Assembly (NCBI GenBank): GCA_964016885.1
Contig: OZ024742.1
Span: 207,142,001 to 207,206,000, forward strand
Direction of reading: 5' to 3'
Source: Eledone cirrhosa
Taxonomy: Eukaryota
Length of the DNA: 64,000 nucleotides
Each line of letters opens with the position of its first letter. Within the stretch, counting starts at the first letter, position 1. A model generated the notes under the pieces. The model was not told where the DNA came from. It saw only the letters and a program-made list of their open reading frames with translations, and ran no database searches. Shown piece after piece: positions 63,361-64,000 of this stretch. Both the position numbers and the translations under genes were made by a program.

Positions 63361-63528
63361 TTTCTTTTTTCTTTTGAGTCTATCTATATATTTTGATGCC
63401 TTCCTCTTTGTTAGTAGTAGGAATTCTATAATGTGGAAGTGGTAGCCAGCAGAGACTAGCGGCGTTGGCGATACTGAGACAGTGGTGGCGGTGATGTCGA
63501 TACCGAGGCAGCGGTGGCGGTGATGCGA

Positions 63529-64000
63529 CCGTATTACTGTAGTGATGGTGCTGTAGCGGTGGCAGCAGCAGTGAAGGAGTCAGGGGGTGGTGGCGGCGGT
63601 GATGGGACAGCGGTGGCAATGATGGCCGTAGTGAGCGGTGGCGGTGAAGGTGAAAATGCTGTTGTGTTTAGTGTACACAGATGATGGGGTGGGTGGTGTA
63701 TCTAGTTTCTGGTGTTGGTGAGTTTCGCTGTCCTATATAGTGTAGCCAGAGGAGAGGAGGGGGGGGGGGTTCTTCTTCTTCCATTTATAGCCATTTTATT
63801 TTATTTATTTTTTTTTTTTTTTTGGATATACAGTGTACAATACAAAGTTGAATATTTGAATATTTGAGCCGTATTACTGTAGTGATGGTGCTGTAGCGGT
63901 GGCAGCAGCAGTGAAGGAGTCAGGGGGTGGTGGCGGCGGTGATGGGACAGCGGTGGCAATGATGGCCGTAGTGAGCGGTGGCGGTGAAGGTGAAAATGCT
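63529..64000. repeat. Tandem duplication with a 340-bp period, running off the window end
   Basis: 63869-64000 repeats 63529-63660; the unit resembles spacer 34455-34940. Confidence 0.85.

Noticed and set aside
63371-63381. cttttgagtct as a remnant of B3 in repeat copy 2
   Set aside because: Equally explained by homology to the spacer repeat start (aagtcaatctat at 34457); too short to decide.

Overview
This is AT-rich, microsatellite-laden animal genomic DNA. The SINE complement suggests a cephalopod such as Octopus, which is an inference. No host protein-coding gene is confidently recognisable. The first 31 kb holds an inverted Penelope-like element (RT plus GIY-YIG), five hammerhead-ribozyme motifs next to (TA)n tracts, a complete non-autonomous Helitron, a hAT MITE, SINEs, a twice-inverted TGG/CCA satellite and decayed R4/Dong fragments. 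Two of the hammerheads sit in a 300-bp palindrome and one in a highly structured 329-bp terminally redundant retrozyme-like unit. From 31 to 64 kb there is a head-to-tail array of two R4/Dong-like RLE retrotransposon families separated by (TAA)n tracts, and an intact two-ORF Tx1/L1-type element at 44993-51015. A ~12.2-kb block is repeated at a constant 19,750-bp offset, and its second copy starts exactly at the Tx1 3' end. All calls are by eye; no database searches or folding programs were run.
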